A stretch of 64,000 nucleotides of DNA, from the NCBI GenBank assembly GCA_002104905.1, contig MCFE01000005.1, positions 1 to 64,000 of the forward strand, written 5' to 3'. The DNA comes from Basidiobolus meristosporus CBS 931.73 (taxonomy: Eukaryota > Fungi > Basidiobolomycota). Shown one piece after another: positions 12,851-24,140 of the stretch. A program made the position numbers and the translations under genes. Position 1 is the stretch's first letter. Each line of letters starts with the position of its first letter. The notes below the pieces were generated by a model. The model ran no database searches. It was not told the DNA's origin and saw only the letters and a program-made list of their open reading frames with translations.

Positions 12851-13812
12851 ATTTCAGTATCTCAAACCCATACAACTACCTCCCCAACATCTTAACTTGA
12901 ATCCCTCAATTGCTTGCATTAATTGATCAAGCAGCCATGTAAATTCCATCAGAATAAAGCTACCAGCACATCACTCGCTACTGCTCTACATGCGTGAGAT
13001 ATCATTTGAGCAATTGCCAGGTCATCCCAAATTTCAGTACCAGGATTTACCGTCCACGTACAAAATTTAACTTCGACGCTGACCGGAGGTATCAGCAACA
13101 GGAATATCGGTATCTTCCTTAAACGGGGATTACAAATGGCTTTGCGACAAACATGGAAAATAAAGTGGCTTGATGGCTACAAGTTGTTAATTGTCGAAAT
13201 GGCTGAATACCCGTGGTATCGGAATATGTGATCGTGTAACGTTTTCGGAAGGTTGGAAACTGATCAAGAGCAAATGGGGAAAGGTATTGGAGAAGTATCC
13301 GAGTTAGAGTGAAATACACCCTATGATTACGTTTGGTCGAGTCCATGAATTCAATCTAGATTCCTAGCGTATTGGAGGGCTGATAGTGTCCAAATTATCA
13401 GATTGTTGACTACAGGGCGTATGCACATCCCTTTACCAAGTAATAGGTGACAAAGACAATAGCAGATGTAAGATGAAGTCATGTATTCTCAATCTAGCAA
13501 TTCAGCTGGTTTCGGTTCGTTGATATTGGAGACATCTGTGGCCAGGATAGAAGCCGAGATGATTGGGCCTCTCAAATACCATAAACGAGCTTATTTTCTT
13601 CACATTCTCCCATTGACTAGGGTGGGTAGCCCCATATTTGGCCAAGTAAAATATCGGCAAGTGGGGGATGGGAATTCTAGGTCGAATTCTCTTATTGGTA
13701 TGCCCGATCAAAAGCATTTGTCCAATCATGACCGTTGTGTGACGAACCACTCTGCGGCTATATATAACTGTTCACAAGCATAGTCATGGTCATCAGAATC
13801 ATTCAATTAAAC

Positions 13813-15012
13813 ATGTCCACCGTGGGCAAGGTCGTAAAAATCACTAATGCTCGTATCGTTCGAGACGGCAAGATCGTCACCGGCGAGAACCTTTACGTAA
13901 AGGACGGAAAATTCATCGACGGAAAGAGCTTCTTCTGGGATGACCAAGCTCTACCCGACCTCGTTCTTGATGCCGAGAATGCTATTGTCTCTCCAGGCTA
14001 CGTCGATATCCAGCTCAATGGCGCTGTTGGTGTTGATTTCACCGCCGATCGCGAGACTCTCGCTGAGGGCCTCGAGAAGGTGTCCAAGGCCATCTTGAAG
14101 TGGGGATGTACCGCCTACTGTCCCACCATTGTCAGCTCGCACCCTAACGTGTATGCCGAGTCTATGCACTTGCTTGCCCCACGCCAAGGCAGCGTTGAGC
14201 ACGGAGCTGAGATTCTCGGTGCCCATCTTGAAGGACCATTCATCTCTCCATTGAAGTTTGGTGCTCACGACGTCGAGACCTTGCGTACTTCGCCCAATGG
14301 ATTGAGCGACTTTGAGAGCTGCTACAACTTCAAGCGTGGCGAGAAGAAGAACATTGCCATGATCACCGTTGCACCCGAGATGGAGGGCATCATGGACTCC
14401 ATCCCGGATCTCGTTAACGAAGGGATTGTGGTGAGCATTGGACACTCCAGCTCCACCACAGCCCAAGCCGAGGAGTCTATTGAGAAGGGAGCCACCCTTG
14501 TTACACACATGTTCAACGCCATGCAGCAGTTCCATCATCGTGATCCCGGAATCATCGGTGTCCTGGGCAGCGGCAAGAAGAGACCCCACTATGGCATCAT
14601 CTGTGACGGTATCCATTGTCATCCCAACTCTGTCAAGATTGCATACGACTCGCATCCTACTGGTGTCGTTTTGGTTACGGATGCTATGAGTGCTGCCGGA
14701 CTCCCACCTGGTCAATACTATCTGGGTGATATGGCAGTTGACAAGAGCGAAGACCGCGTGTACATTCAAGGAACCACCATCCTTGCTGGATCGGTGATTA
14801 CCATGGACGAATGTGTCAAGAACTTCCGCAAGTTCACCGGATGCTCTATTGTTGAGGCTATCGAAGCTGCCACATTGAGACCAGCTGAGGCACTCAACAT
14901 CACACACAAGAAGGGAACATTCAACGCAGGAGCCGATGCTGACTTCTTGTTCTTGGATGATGATTTGAACGTTCAACGCGTCTTCGTTGCCGGTCAGGAA
15001 GCCCAAATTTAA
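13813..15012 (+). CDS. DAC1: N-acetylglucosamine-6-phosphate deacetylase, copy 1 (intronless)
   Basis: PGYVDIQLNG, GAHLEGPF, VSIGHS, THMFNAM, DGIHCHP and LVTDAM motifs of NagA/AMDHD2. Start MSTVGK at 13813. Confidence 0.97.
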   Translation: MSTVGKVVKITNARIVRDGKIVTGENLYVKDGKFIDGKSFFWDDQALPDLVLDAENAIVSPGYVDIQLNGAVGVDFTADRETLAEGLEKVSKAILKWGCTAYCPTIVSSHPNVYAESMHLLAPRQGSVEHGAEILGAHLEGPFISPLKFGAHDVETLRTSPNGLSDFESCYNFKRGEKKNIAMITVAPEMEGIMDSIPDLVNEGIVVSIGHSSSTTAQAEESIEKGATLVTHMFNAMQQFHHRDPGIIGVLGSGKKRPHYGIICDGIHCHPNSVKIAYDSHPTGVVLVTDAMSAAGLPPGQYYLGDMAVDKSEDRVYIQGTTILAGSVITMDECVKNFRKFTGCSIVEAIEAATLRPAEALNITHKKGTFNAGADADFLFLDDDLNVQRVFVAGQEAQI

Positions 15013-15815
15013 AGAAACTTACCTTAATTCTTGCTATTAGATAATTTTCACATATTCCTGTTTAAACTGTATTTATAATTTCATCATAACTCTTTCCTAT
15101 GGCAATAAATCAAGGATTTTGTAGAGTATATTTCAAATAACTGTGAATAATATATGAGAATTGGATGGATGAAATGTTTACAATCGAACTACAAGAGGTT
15201 CCGCCTTTCAAGGTGATTTTATAAATCATATGAATTCCTATTTTATTTGGGCACTGTGGTCGAATTTGCTAACATGTAATATTAGGAAACTTACAACTAT
15301 CTGAAGTAAGACTGCTACCAACCTGATACATAATTTTGAGAAACCAGTGTAGAAACTACTGGCGCTCTGTCCGTATAATAAATTTCTGGTTTTCTCGAAG
15401 ATGTAACGTAGTTCAACATACAAGCTCTTGGTTTACTATTGAACGGGAACTAGAACCGGTATACCGTAAATCACTTGACTTATGGTTGCCGATACACTAT
15501 AGAGGATACCATAGAATACTATTCCGGATACACCGAAGTTGACAAGTTACTATATACTACAAGCAGCCACATGAATTCGGGCTAATCACCCAAATTATGG
15601 ATAATATCATGGGCTTTAGCTTACAAATCCAAAATAGAAACTCGGTCGGAGGAGCAGGTTGATTGAATGTAGACTACTAATCGTACAGGACATCCCTCCC
15701 ACTATAGAAGCCGTCATTCTTTTACAGTCATATTTGAGAGACCTAGATGGTACGCCTTCTTATATAAGGATCGAGTTAGCTCCCAATTATTGCAGATCAA
15801 ATTCAATATCATATC

Positions 15816-17009
15816 ATGGAGGGCAAAGTCTTAAAAATCACCAACGCTCGCATCGTTCGAGACGGAAAGATCGTCACCGGCGAGAACCTTTACGTAAAGG
15901 ACGGAAAATTCATCGACGGAAAGAGCTTCTTCTGGGATGACCAAGCTCTACCCGACCTCGTTCTTGATGCCGAGAATGCTATTGTCTCTCCAGGCTACGT
16001 CGATATCCAGCTCAATGGCGCTGTTGGTGTTGATTTCACCGCCGATCGTGAGACTCTCGCTGAGGGCCTCGAGAAGGTGTCCAAGGCCATCTTGAAGTGG
16101 GGATGTACCGCCTACTGTCCCACCATTGTCAGCTCGCACCCTAACGTGTATGCCGAGTCTATGCACTTGCTTGCCCCACGCCAAGGCAGTGTTGAGCACG
16201 GAGCTGAGATTCTCGGTGCCCATCTTGAAGGACCATTCATCTCTCCATTGAAGTTTGGTGCTCACGACGTCGAGACCTTGCGTACTTCGCCCAATGGATT
16301 GAGCGACTTTGAGAGCTGCTACAACTTCAAGCGTGGCGAGAAGAAGAACATTGCCATGATCACCGTTGCACCTGAGATGGAGGGCATCATGGACTCCATC
16401 CCGGATCTCGTTAACGAAGGGATTGTGGTGAGCATTGGACACTCCAGCTCCACCACAGCCCAAGCCGAGGAGTCTATTGAGAAGGGAGCCACCCTTGTTA
16501 CACACATGTTCAACGCCATGCAGCAGTTCCATCATCGTGATCCTGGAGTCATCGGTGTCCTGGGCAGCGGCAAGAAGAGACCCCACTATGGCATCATCTG
16601 TGACGGTATCCATTGTCACCCCAACTCTGTCAAGATTGCATACGACTCGCATCCTACTGGTGTCGTTTTGGTTACGGATGCTATGAGCGCTGCTGGACTC
16701 CCACCTGGTCAATATCACATTGGTAACATGTCGGTGGATAAGAGCGAAGACCGCGTGTACATTCAAGGAACGGATATTCTTGCTGGATCAGTGATTACCA
16801 TGGACGAATGTGTCAAGAACTTCCGCAAGTTCACCGGATGCTCTATTGTTGAAGCTATTGAGGCGGCTACATTACATCCTGCTGAGGCACTCAACATCAC
16901 ACACAAGAAGGGAACATTCAACGCAGGAGCCGATGCTGACTTCTTGTTCTTAGATGATGATTTGAACGTTCAACGCGTCTTTGTGGCCGGCAAGGCGGTT
17001 GATGCTTAA
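15816..17009 (+). CDS. DAC1: N-acetylglucosamine-6-phosphate deacetylase, copy 2 (intronless)
   Basis: All metal-binding and catalytic motifs intact; near-identical core to copy 1. Confidence 0.97.
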   Translation: MEGKVLKITNARIVRDGKIVTGENLYVKDGKFIDGKSFFWDDQALPDLVLDAENAIVSPGYVDIQLNGAVGVDFTADRETLAEGLEKVSKAILKWGCTAYCPTIVSSHPNVYAESMHLLAPRQGSVEHGAEILGAHLEGPFISPLKFGAHDVETLRTSPNGLSDFESCYNFKRGEKKNIAMITVAPEMEGIMDSIPDLVNEGIVVSIGHSSSTTAQAEESIEKGATLVTHMFNAMQQFHHRDPGVIGVLGSGKKRPHYGIICDGIHCHPNSVKIAYDSHPTGVVLVTDAMSAAGLPPGQYHIGNMSVDKSEDRVYIQGTDILAGSVITMDECVKNFRKFTGCSIVEAIEAATLHPAEALNITHKKGTFNAGADADFLFLDDDLNVQRVFVAGKAVDA

Positions 17010-18481
17010 TCTCTGGATTTAGTATCTTCCTCTGATTTCTCGATAGCTTTGTAGTATGTTTTACTTTTTGCTTTTAATTTTTTGTATAAAATTTATGAAC
17101 TATGATAAAATACATCCTATCATAGCCTATTCTAAGAGGCAATAGACTTAATTCACTTCATACAACTTTGATACAAAAGACCTAAATGTTGGCCCACCAT
17201 CTGATAAGAGTGCAATACCTATAGTGAATCGCCAGGCTACAGCTATATTCGGTTTGGCTTCAACATAACACAGATTACAGAGTATCCAGAAAACCAGGTC
17301 AACCATCCATTTTTGAGTATTCATAGATTTACATAAAGCAATATGGAGAATTTGAACTTATTGGTGTGTTATGGACAGAAATGGGCTAAAATGTGCTCAA
17401 TGCAAATTGTATGAATTTGTTCCGAAGGAGAGACCAAGTACTTGTAAGATAACCTGCATCTTACTGGGTTGTCAGGAAAACGAAGTCACATCAAATATGT
17501 TGGCCCATGTATGAACTAGAAAAGTTATCTGATTGTCCATCAAGGGGTTTCAATAGGTATAGGTTTAGGTGTAACTCGATACTTAAATATCACCTTTTAC
17601 ATAATGGAAACTCTTGCCCAGCATGACTAACCGGATGCACATGCCGAATATAGGTAGGTGCAGCTCAATGCCACCTGGCCAACGGATGTTGTACAACGAA
17701 TACTACGCACAACACACGACTAAATCATGTTGGAATTAATTGCACCTATTACTGACAAATATCACACTCATCAAGTATGACATCGTCAATCCGTCAGTAA
17801 GGCTCGTGGTTGGAAATGGTTACTACAGGTGGGGGTTGTACCCGCTGATGGCCAAACCAAAGAAAGCGTCGGCATGGGGATGGACATGGGCAATAAACCA
17901 GGCCAGTTGATGGGAAACCTTATGGACACCCAAGAAAGGAAATGCAGTGTGTGGGGGTAAATTTGGATAAAAACGATTTTTCCATCAAGTCCGTAATATT
18001 CGGCAAAAAGGATTATTCAGCTGTGGCGTGATCCTATAACTGAGCTACCACCTTCAACCTAAATATTCTCTTACTATGAGCTTCTGATTGAATCCACCCT
18101 ACCAATTGCCAAATGGGCTCTTCCCCTGGGCCGGACTCCGCCAATTGTTGTCGCCCTCTCGGGCTGCTTCCAGCGGTACAATCCTGATTTATCGAAAAAC
18201 ATCCAATCAATGTGCGATTGCCTGATATGGGGAGACAAATGTTCTCCGACAAAGGCCCGACTGATTAGGAAATAGTGAACGAAAGTATCGTCTAGTATTA
18301 TGATATGGAAAGTTCAGGAGAGAGGTTGAACATTGATGGAAATTGGGGGATTCTAGATAATCCTCTTACTATTTAGGAATGAGACCAGAGAATGGCAGTT
18401 TTGTGTAGCACAGGACTTCTCGATTTTCCTATAAAGGCTCGCTTCGTACACTCCCTCCTCAGAAAAAATTCCTCCACTAAA

Positions 18482-19684
18482 ATGTCCACCCTGGGCAAAG
18501 TCATAAAGATTGTGAATGGTCGCATTGTTCGCGACGGAAAGATCGTTACCGGTGACTACCTCTACGTAAAGGACGGAAAATTCATCGACGGAAAGAGCTT
18601 CTTCTGGGATGACCAATCCTCTCCTGAGATCGTCTTAGATGCCAAGAATGCTATTGTCTCTCCAGGCTACGTCGATATCCAGCTCAATGGCGCTGTTGGT
18701 GTTGATTTCACCGCCGATCGTGAGACTCTCGCTGAGGGCCTCGAGAAGGTGTCCAAGGCCATCTTGAAGTGGGGATGTACCGCCTACTGTCCCACCATTG
18801 TCAGCTCGCACCCTAACGTGTATGCCGAGTCTATGCACTTGCTTGCCCCACGCCAAGGCAGTGTTGAGCACGGAGCTGAGATTCTCGGTGCCCATCTTGA
18901 AGGACCATTCATCTCTCCGTTGAAGTTTGGTGCTCACGACGTCGAGACCTTGCGTACTTCGCCCAATGGATTGAGCGACTTTGAGAGCTGCTACAACTTC
19001 AAGCGTGGCGAGAAGAAGAACATTGCCATGATCACCGTTGCACCCGAGATGGAGGGCATCATGGACTCCATCCCAGATCTCGTTAACGAAGGGATTGTGG
19101 TGAGCATTGGACACTCCAGCTCCACCACAGCCCAAGCCGAGGAGTCTATTGAGAAGGGAGCCACCCTTGTTACACACATGTTCAACGCCATGCAGCAGTT
19201 CCATCATCGTGATCCTGGAATCATCGGTGTCCTGGGCAGCGGCAAGAAGAGACCCCACTATGGCATCATCTGTGACGGTATCCATTGTCACCCCAACTCT
19301 GTCAAGATTGCATACGACTCGCATCCTACTGGTGTCGTTTTGGTTACGGATGCTATGAGCGCTGCTGGACTCCCACCTGGTCAATATCACATTGGTAACA
19401 TGTCGGTGGATAAGAGCGAAGACCGCGTGTACATTCAAGGAACCACCATCCTTGCTGGATCGGTGATTACCATGGACGAATGTGTCAAGAACTTCCGCAA
19501 GTTCACCGGATGCTCTATTGTTGAGGCTATCGAAGCTGCCACATTGAGACCAGCTGAGGCACTCAACATCACACACAAGAAGGGAACATTCAACGCAGGA
19601 GCCGATGCTGACTTCTTGTTCTTAGATGATGATTTGAACGTCAAACAAGTCTTTGTATCTGGTGAGCAAGTACCAACGTGTTAG
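18482..19684 (+). CDS. DAC1: N-acetylglucosamine-6-phosphate deacetylase, copy 3 (intronless)
   Basis: Start MSTLGK at ATG 18482 by alignment with copy 1; same motifs. Confidence 0.97.
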   Translation: MSTLGKVIKIVNGRIVRDGKIVTGDYLYVKDGKFIDGKSFFWDDQSSPEIVLDAKNAIVSPGYVDIQLNGAVGVDFTADRETLAEGLEKVSKAILKWGCTAYCPTIVSSHPNVYAESMHLLAPRQGSVEHGAEILGAHLEGPFISPLKFGAHDVETLRTSPNGLSDFESCYNFKRGEKKNIAMITVAPEMEGIMDSIPDLVNEGIVVSIGHSSSTTAQAEESIEKGATLVTHMFNAMQQFHHRDPGIIGVLGSGKKRPHYGIICDGIHCHPNSVKIAYDSHPTGVVLVTDAMSAAGLPPGQYHIGNMSVDKSEDRVYIQGTTILAGSVITMDECVKNFRKFTGCSIVEAIEAATLRPAEALNITHKKGTFNAGADADFLFLDDDLNVKQVFVSGEQVPTC

Positions 19685-20278
19685 TCGACTGCAAATATCC
19701 TTGATCCTAGAGATTTTAAAGCATTTCATATTGTAATTATAATATCCCCTTCGTCAATAAAAAGAATCTTTTGATCCATAACACCACATCAATCACTGAA
19801 CAAGGTAGAATATAATTCCCATGTTATTTACCGAAATTCTTCCTGGCGCTTTCTAGGCTCGAGTATGGACGCTGCTTCGCCAAACTTGTCACCTGAATGT
19901 AGTTTTCTTCGGTGGTTACGATTGGTATGAATCAATGTCGGGGCATCTGTGATAAATCAATTTGTCAGCTATCCGGGAACAGAACCTACTTTGCTTTTCA
20001 TATCTGATTGGTCATTGGTCTGAGTGTCCATCGCAGGATTGCCTGTTATTACAATGCTCAAATCTTATTGATTTACTCATCTGATGGAGGTAGCTATCCG
20101 AAAAGTAAGTTTCTACGTTACATAAACCCAAATTAATAATAATCATTTGTGTTGGCCATGTAACATTGACGCTTGAGAAAAATACGAGCTTTCGTTGGCC
20201 TTTCCGCATCATCAGCTATTTCGCTGTTGCATAATATCACCTGTATTCTAGACAGAGCTTGTGTGCGTTTACTTCCAA

Positions 20279-21210
20279 ATGAGACTCATCATCCGCAAAG
20301 ACTTCGATAAAGTAAGCTACTATGTTGGTGAGTACTCTACGAATACATTCGGTTTCAGTTACTTCGAACTAACCCAGAAAGTGCGATAGCAAACTATATC
20401 AAGCAAAGGATAAATCAATTCAAACCCACCCAAGAGCGCCCTTTTGTACTAGGACTTCCAGCTGGCTCAAGTCCCATCGGCGTTTACTGCTACCTTATAG
20501 AGTTTAATCGAAAGGGCGAACTTTCTTTTGAGCATGTCATTACGTTCAACATGGATGAGTACGTAGGCTTACCCAAAGATCACCCAGAAAGTTACCACAC
20601 CTTTATGTGGGTCCATTTCTTCAAGCATATCAACATAAAGCCGGAGAATGTAAACATGTTGGACGGTAATGCAAGTGATCTCAAGGAGGAATGTCGGCGT
20701 TACGAAGAAAAAATCCAATCAGTTGGTGGAGTGGAGCTATTCTTGGGTGGGGTTGGGCCAGACGGACACATTGCTTTTAACGAGCCTGGCTCTTCACTCC
20801 ATTCGGTCACTCGTGTTAAGACTCTTGCCTTGGATACCATCCTTGCCAATGTGCGTTTCTTCGATGGTGATATGAACAAAGTCCCCAAGCTTGCCTTGAC
20901 AGTGGGCGTTGCGACCGTTATGTCGTCCCGTGAAGTTTGTTTGATTATTACGGGTCAGCACAAAGCACTTGCCTTGGCCAAATGTATCGAAGAGGGAGTC
21001 AATCATATGTGGACCGTTTCATGTATTCAACTCCACCCATCGGCCTTGATAGTTTGTGACGAAGACGCGACGCAGGAATTGCATGTCAAGACAGTGAAAT
21101 ACTTCAGTAGCATTGAGGAGGTTCAACATAAACTAATAGGGCCTCAATTCATTGATATCAAAGGCTCGGTTAAGAATTTCCACCCCTCTTGGTTCAATCA
21201 AGCCCATTAG
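20279..21210 (+). CDS. NAG1: Glucosamine-6-phosphate deaminase, copy 3 (divergent, one intron 20328-20389, 289 aa)
   Basis: Exon 1 [22 protein letters not shown]...TAG intron, exon 2 [29 protein letters not shown]...MDEYVGL...[15 protein letters not shown]. The frame is restored by splicing (870 nt). Confidence 0.93.
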
Positions 21211-21582
21211 ATGGTATTGTGAGCGATCACCGATGAAGACAGGTGATGACACACTCAGGACTCAAACTAACGTTCCAACTATGTACTGGTAACGACTTTG
21301 CTGGAGACGATTCCCTTTTTCGCCATAAATTGTTGGTTTTTTGGATGAAGGTATCGAGGTCCGATTCATGGTAGTGCTATATATATATATTATTTTCGTT
21401 TCTTTAATAAAGTAACAAACTTCTTGGTTTATTTCTCATTAATGTAAATAAGGAATGGAAATGTTCGAAATATACATACGCAAGTAGATACTGCTTCTAC
21501 CTGCAAAATAGGTCAAAGTTATTCGAGTAACACGAAATGCTTCTATAAAGTTTGGGGGAATGTTGATCCTCCGCCAAACGCT

Positions 21583-22455
21583 TTAGAGGGCCTTGGTCTG
21601 GAAGCTGGCAGCATCGAAGTGCTTGACAGCACCCTTCAAGTCAATGTTCTCCTTGCCAATCAATTGTTCGTGGACTTGCTCAATAGACTTGAAGTACTTG
21701 ACAGTCTTCACGTGGAGCTCGTGAGTAGCATCCTCATCACACACAATCAAGGCGGAACGATGCAACTGAATGGCTGACACGGTCCACATGTGGTTCACTC
21801 CCTCCTCGATACACTTGGCCAAGGCAACAGCCTTCGACTGGCCAGTGATGATAAGCACGATCTCACGGGCGTCCATCACAGTGGCGACACCCACGGTCAA
21901 CGCAAGCTTGGGGACCTTGTTGACATCTCCGTCGAAGAAGCGTGCGTTGGCAAGGATGGTCTCGTAGGCAAGGGTCTTGACACGAGTGCGTGAGTGGAGC
22001 GAGGAGCCTGGCTCGTTGAAGGCAATGTGGCCATCAGGTCCGATACCACCGAGGAAGAGCTCGATTCCTCCAACTGAGCGGATCTTCTCCTCGTAGCGAA
22101 TGCACTCTGCCTCCAGGTCAGCGGCGTTTCCGTTCAAAATGTTGACGTTGTCAGGCTTGATGTCGATGTGAGAGAAAAGATGTCTCCACATGAAAGAGTG
22201 GTAGCTCTCGGGATGATCTCTGGGAAGACCGACGTACTCGTCCATGTTGAAGGAGATAACATGTTCGAAAGAAAGTTCACCAGCCTTGTAGAACTCGACC
22301 AAACGCTTGTAAACTTGAACAGGGGAACCACCAGTAGGGAGGCCGATGACGAAGGGCTTCTCGGCAGAGGGGTTGAACTCCAAGATACGACGCTTGATGT
22401 ACTCGGCAATGTACTTGCTGACATGATCAGCGTTGTCGCGAATGACTAATCTCAT
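21583..22455 (-). CDS. NAG1: Glucosamine-6-phosphate deaminase, copy 4 (intronless, 290 aa)
   Basis: Full motifs. Core nearly identical to copies 1 and 2, termini divergent. Confidence 0.97.
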   Translation of the reverse strand: MRLVIRDNADHVSKYIAEYIKRRILEFNPSAEKPFVIGLPTGGSPVQVYKRLVEFYKAGELSFEHVISFNMDEYVGLPRDHPESYHSFMWRHLFSHIDIKPDNVNILNGNAADLEAECIRYEEKIRSVGGIELFLGGIGPDGHIAFNEPGSSLHSRTRVKTLAYETILANARFFDGDVNKVPKLALTVGVATVMDAREIVLIITGQSKAVALAKCIEEGVNHMWTVSAIQLHRSALIVCDEDATHELHVKTVKYFKSIEQVHEQLIGKENIDLKGAVKHFDAASFQTKAL

Positions 22456-23480
22456 ACTTCGGTGATTGCAAGTGGAATGGCAGGTGTAATCCGAGAAGAT
22501 TCAACATTGGATGACTTTATAGTAAATCTGGTATTCAATCACCAATGAGTAATGAACTCGATCCATCCAATCATACCACTACTACACACATTTCTATTGC
22601 GTGTTCAATTGAGTAGTAGCAATTTCACCCATTAGACCATATTTAGAGACCACCTTCCTACCATCTTAAAACCATACAAATCAATCAACTCTCGCCCAAC
22701 AAACATTCTTTCGATCATTTTACGGCAACGACCTTCGAGCATCATTTCTTCGGTCTGAGCCACCTCATTGACCAATAAATAAGTCAACCACAATCTCATG
22801 GTATCTTTCGGGTATTCGAATTCTGATACCGGCAGCTTACCAATGCCGAGGTTAGAAATTCATCTGGCAGGTAACAGCCCAAAACCATCCTGATTATTCA
22901 TTATTAAGGAAGTGCATGCGGTAAAATTCAGGATACCCTTCACGTGTGCTCAGGCGGCTACTGATCTTAAAGTAACACCCATATATTTCCTAATTTGGTG
23001 AGCCAGATAGTTTCCGATCCATCCATTTGGAGCTGGATACTGAAGAATACGGATACCATCTGCTCCCAAACTAGTCATCCTCCCAGATGCATCGAGGCCA
23101 CAAGTTATTGGATTCTAGGTCTGGGAGATCCGCTTAGAGAGATCCGCTCCAACAGAGGTGAGGTTTACTTCCGTACCATCATCTCCGCACCCATGTACCA
23201 ATGGCCGTTCTGTCGTTTGAAGAGGTGAGGTGACTAGGTTAAGCATGGGTGGACCTTTCTATAACAAATTGTTGATGGTCAGCTGATTTTCTCTGCTTAT
23301 GTTGCCTATTTTTTTCCAAACCTGGAGGTTAAAATAAGCCATAAATGAAACTCACTAGAGGCTTCATGGAATTATGGACAGTGCCAGGCTTTTCTAGTGC
23401 AGGTTACTAAACCAATAAGAGCCCATTTATACGGTAGAAGCGTGGCCGTTTATTGCTGTGTATTTAAGATATATTTCTTG

Positions 23481-23760
23481 TTAATGGTGTGAATTGTTAT
23501 CACCATGTCCATGACCGTGGGCATCCCAAGGATGTTGTAAACGCTGGAATAACAACACAAGTTCAATCACACTTGAGGATCCAGAGAGTCATTTGAAATA
23601 GTAGTGAACTTACCAGAGTCGTGAGTCCGTCTTGTTTGGCGCGGTACATCATGAAGAACCACATGGTGGCACCGAGGAGTTTGGCTGTGTATCTATGGAA
23701 GCGGCTAGCTTGAGGGGGGTTGAAAGCTCCCCAGTTAGCAGAGGAGTGCGTGCTGACCAT
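23481..23760 (-). CDS. NDUFB2: NADH:ubiquinone oxidoreductase accessory subunit (NDUFB2/AGGG-like); one intron
   Basis: FNPPQASRFHRYTAKLLGATMWFFMMYRAKQDG, then after a GTAAGT..CAG intron LQHPWDAHGHGH. Matches the fungal NDUFB2 pattern (LGATMWF..YRAK.DG...HPWD). Confidence 0.75.
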
Positions 23761-24140
23761 GTTTCTTTAGTTTGGCACGGGGGAAATGAATTATGCTCTT
23801 GCCAACCTGGCGCGAAATGTTACTAGTGCATCGTCGATATCCAATTTGAGGGGCTCTACTCAGTCCAATGAAGAACCCATTCTGGGGTGATAGCTAGCCG
23901 TGGGGCTTTTGGTATTAGGTGACTAAAGGCTCGAGACAAAATCGATTAATTTTAATGATGTTTCGTCTATAGTTGTTTATCTTTCAACTAGAAACACACT
24001 TGGTCATTTTTGGGGCCTGTTAACAATATGTCTGGTTTATAGAAACTCGACGATCAAATGGTGTACATAAATGGAAATTATGTAAATACTGCACAATGGT
24101 GAAGGTATTAGATAAAATTATGTAAGTAGTTGGTATGAAG

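Noticed and set aside
12950-13780. Open frames between CTF8 and DAC1-1 (e.g. FCTWTVNPGTEIWDDLAIAQMISHACRAVASD) as a remnant GlcNAc kinase or NGS1 sensor
   Set aside because: The resemblance is only a few residues. There are no ATPase, GH3 or GNAT motifs and no coherent gene model.
13951-19576. Long antisense ORFs (351, 272 and 313 aa) opposite each DAC1, and recurring 65-67 aa ORFs opposite the NAG1 copies
   Set aside because: Shadow ORFs expected from strong codon bias in highly expressed genes. They recur only because the sense genes are duplicated and have no recognisable motifs.
5090-22455. Multi-copy cluster as an assembly or haplotype artefact
   Set aside because: The copies have different termini, unrelated flanks, mixed orientations and unique genes between them, which is not the pattern of mis-joined alleles. 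Long-read confirmation is still advisable.
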